64,000 nucleotides of DNA. Origin: Podarcis filfolensis (Eukaryota). Positions within the stretch are counted from its first letter, which is position 1. Each line of letters opens with the position of its first letter. The notes under the pieces were generated by a model. That model was given only the letters and a program-made list of their open reading frames with translations, was not told the DNA's origin and ran no database searches. Below, in pieces: positions 62,510 through 64,000 of this stretch. The DNA is taken from the NCBI GenBank assembly GCA_964270895.1, contig OZ185441.1, one strand, 5' to 3'. A program made the position numbers and the translations under genes.

Positions 62510-63761
62510 GAGTAGACCATACTGGCTTTGATGCATAAACAGCATGACCTTGCGTAAAGCAGCTTTGTGAGAGCTCATGTTCAAGGTTTGTACTGGGTGG
62601 TAGGAAGGGAGGGGGCGAGAGATGAAATCTGAAAGATGCATAAAAACAAAGGTTTCTGTTTCCAGGATGGAAATTATTTTGTAGAGACCGTGAGCATTAT
62701 ATATAATGTTTGGCCAATAAGATCTACCCCTCTTGCCCCATCATCGGCGCCTTTCTTCCTACAGTTTGTTCCAGGCCCAGATAAACTATGCCCAGACACT
62801 GCCACTACCTTAATCTGTGGGTAGCCTCGTTTTGCAGCCAGACTGATAGTCACAGAACCATCAGATTTGGTATTAGAAGGGAACTGGAATAGTCTGTATA
62901 TAAGATATTGTGACATTGCAGTAGTATGCTGCCAGTTCTCGCTTGCGGCCACAGAAATCTGGCACCTGAAAAATGGATTGGCTTTGCCAAATGTCTGGCA
63001 CACTGCTAAGGGTTCCAGTATTACCTAAGTAGAAAGCAGTATCTCAATCTAAGATTTATGGTATCTAGGATCTCTCATCACGCAAATGAAAATTAGAAAA
63101 CTTGGACCCAGTGAAGTGAAATTCTTTTATAATCATTCTTTAGAAGGTGAGTCAAGAACAAGGATTTAATTGTTACAAATCTGGAGAAACCAGAGGTATC
63201 CTTTGTTTTTGTTTTTCCCCCTGCCGTCTCCACGATGGATGAGATCCAATGCTTGGCAAGGCGGCACAGCCACAGAACTATAGATATTTGGAATTAAGCA
63301 GTGATGTGAGTGCAGGTGGGGATGTTTTTACCCACTTTCTCCAAACCAGGCATAATTTTATAGACCATGTGCAGAGGAGGGACTAGGTTACTTCAGGGCT
63401 TTTAAGATGGTTTTAAATATGGGGACTGGACTAATTTATGGAGGTCAGGGGATTTCAGCCATGATGAGTAAAAGAAACCTCCACAGTCAGTTGCAAGAGT
63501 GAATATAAGCTGCTGGGGAAGAGGGCAAACAGCAGTGTCTTCAGCATTCATGCCCTGGTTGTAGGGATGGAAGGCTTCTCATTGTTCCAAGCTTAAGTTC
63601 AATGCACAACATTTGCACAGCAGGTTGCAAATTTTTTTTTAAAAAAAGCTATGAAAATCCACCAGCATATCAGTACATACACGAGCTTAGGGGTTCTAGG
63701 TGTCTCTTGTTCCCAATGTTTGGGACTGTCAGCGAGCTGTATGTTGCACAGTTCTGCAGAG

Positions 63762-63968
63762 CAAGGGTGGAGAGCTTCAGGCCTGGAGGCCAAATGTGGG
63801 TCTGGAGGATAGAGAAGGGTGGTTTGTGAGGTGTGTTGTACAAGGATGAAATTTACATTAATTGTGCCACCCACCTTTGCCTCTGGCCCAATGCATCACT
63901 GTCATGGGGTCCCAGAAGGTTGCCTAGAGTGGAATGCCACCCTCAAGCTGAAAAAAGTCCCAACCTAT
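63762..63968 (+). mobile_element. Degraded hAT MITE
   Basis: Ends resemble CAGGGxTGGGGAACC and GCTGAAAAAxGTTCCCCACCCCTG; TSD not resolved. Confidence 0.35.
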
Positions 63969-64000
63969 GTTCTAGAACCTTACATACCAGCTTTTTGCAC

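Noticed and set aside
1-64000. CRISPR arrays, operons, prophage or other prokaryotic systems
   Set aside because: The sequence is a vertebrate intron and intergenic region. The repeats are interspersed TEs and microsatellites, not regularly spaced repeats with unique spacers.

Overview
Vertebrate (squamate, most likely lacertid lizard) genomic DNA; there is no prokaryotic content. The only host coding exon found is exon 1 of angiopoietin-1 (ANGPT1) on the minus strand (CDS 38356->38060, GT donor at 38059). Bases 1-38059 are the start of its large intron 1 (exon 2 was not found), and about 38.8-64 kb is upstream intergenic DNA. The rest is a dense mix of reptile transposons: Bov-B (RTE) LINE fragments, Sauria SINEs, Squam3-like and other tRNA-derived SINEs, L1, L2 and CR1 fragments, Tigger/pogo-like, hAT and palindromic MITEs, and two probable solo LTRs. 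There are also microsatellites and two assembly gaps. I found no convincing new gene system. The most unusual signal is mechanistic: three retro-insertions carry 5' inversions or fold-backs (a Sauria SINE with a twin-priming layout at 16.8 kb, an L1 with an inverted ORF2 piece at 29.9 kb, and a Bov-B ending in a perfect 56-bp palindrome at 49.2 kb). The best host-side leads are a cluster of three uORFs in the ANGPT1 5'UTR, a candidate intronic-polyadenylation isoform encoding only the N-terminal clustering region, and a dense transcription-factor motif cluster in intron 1. TE family names come from recalled consensus sequences, not from database searches.
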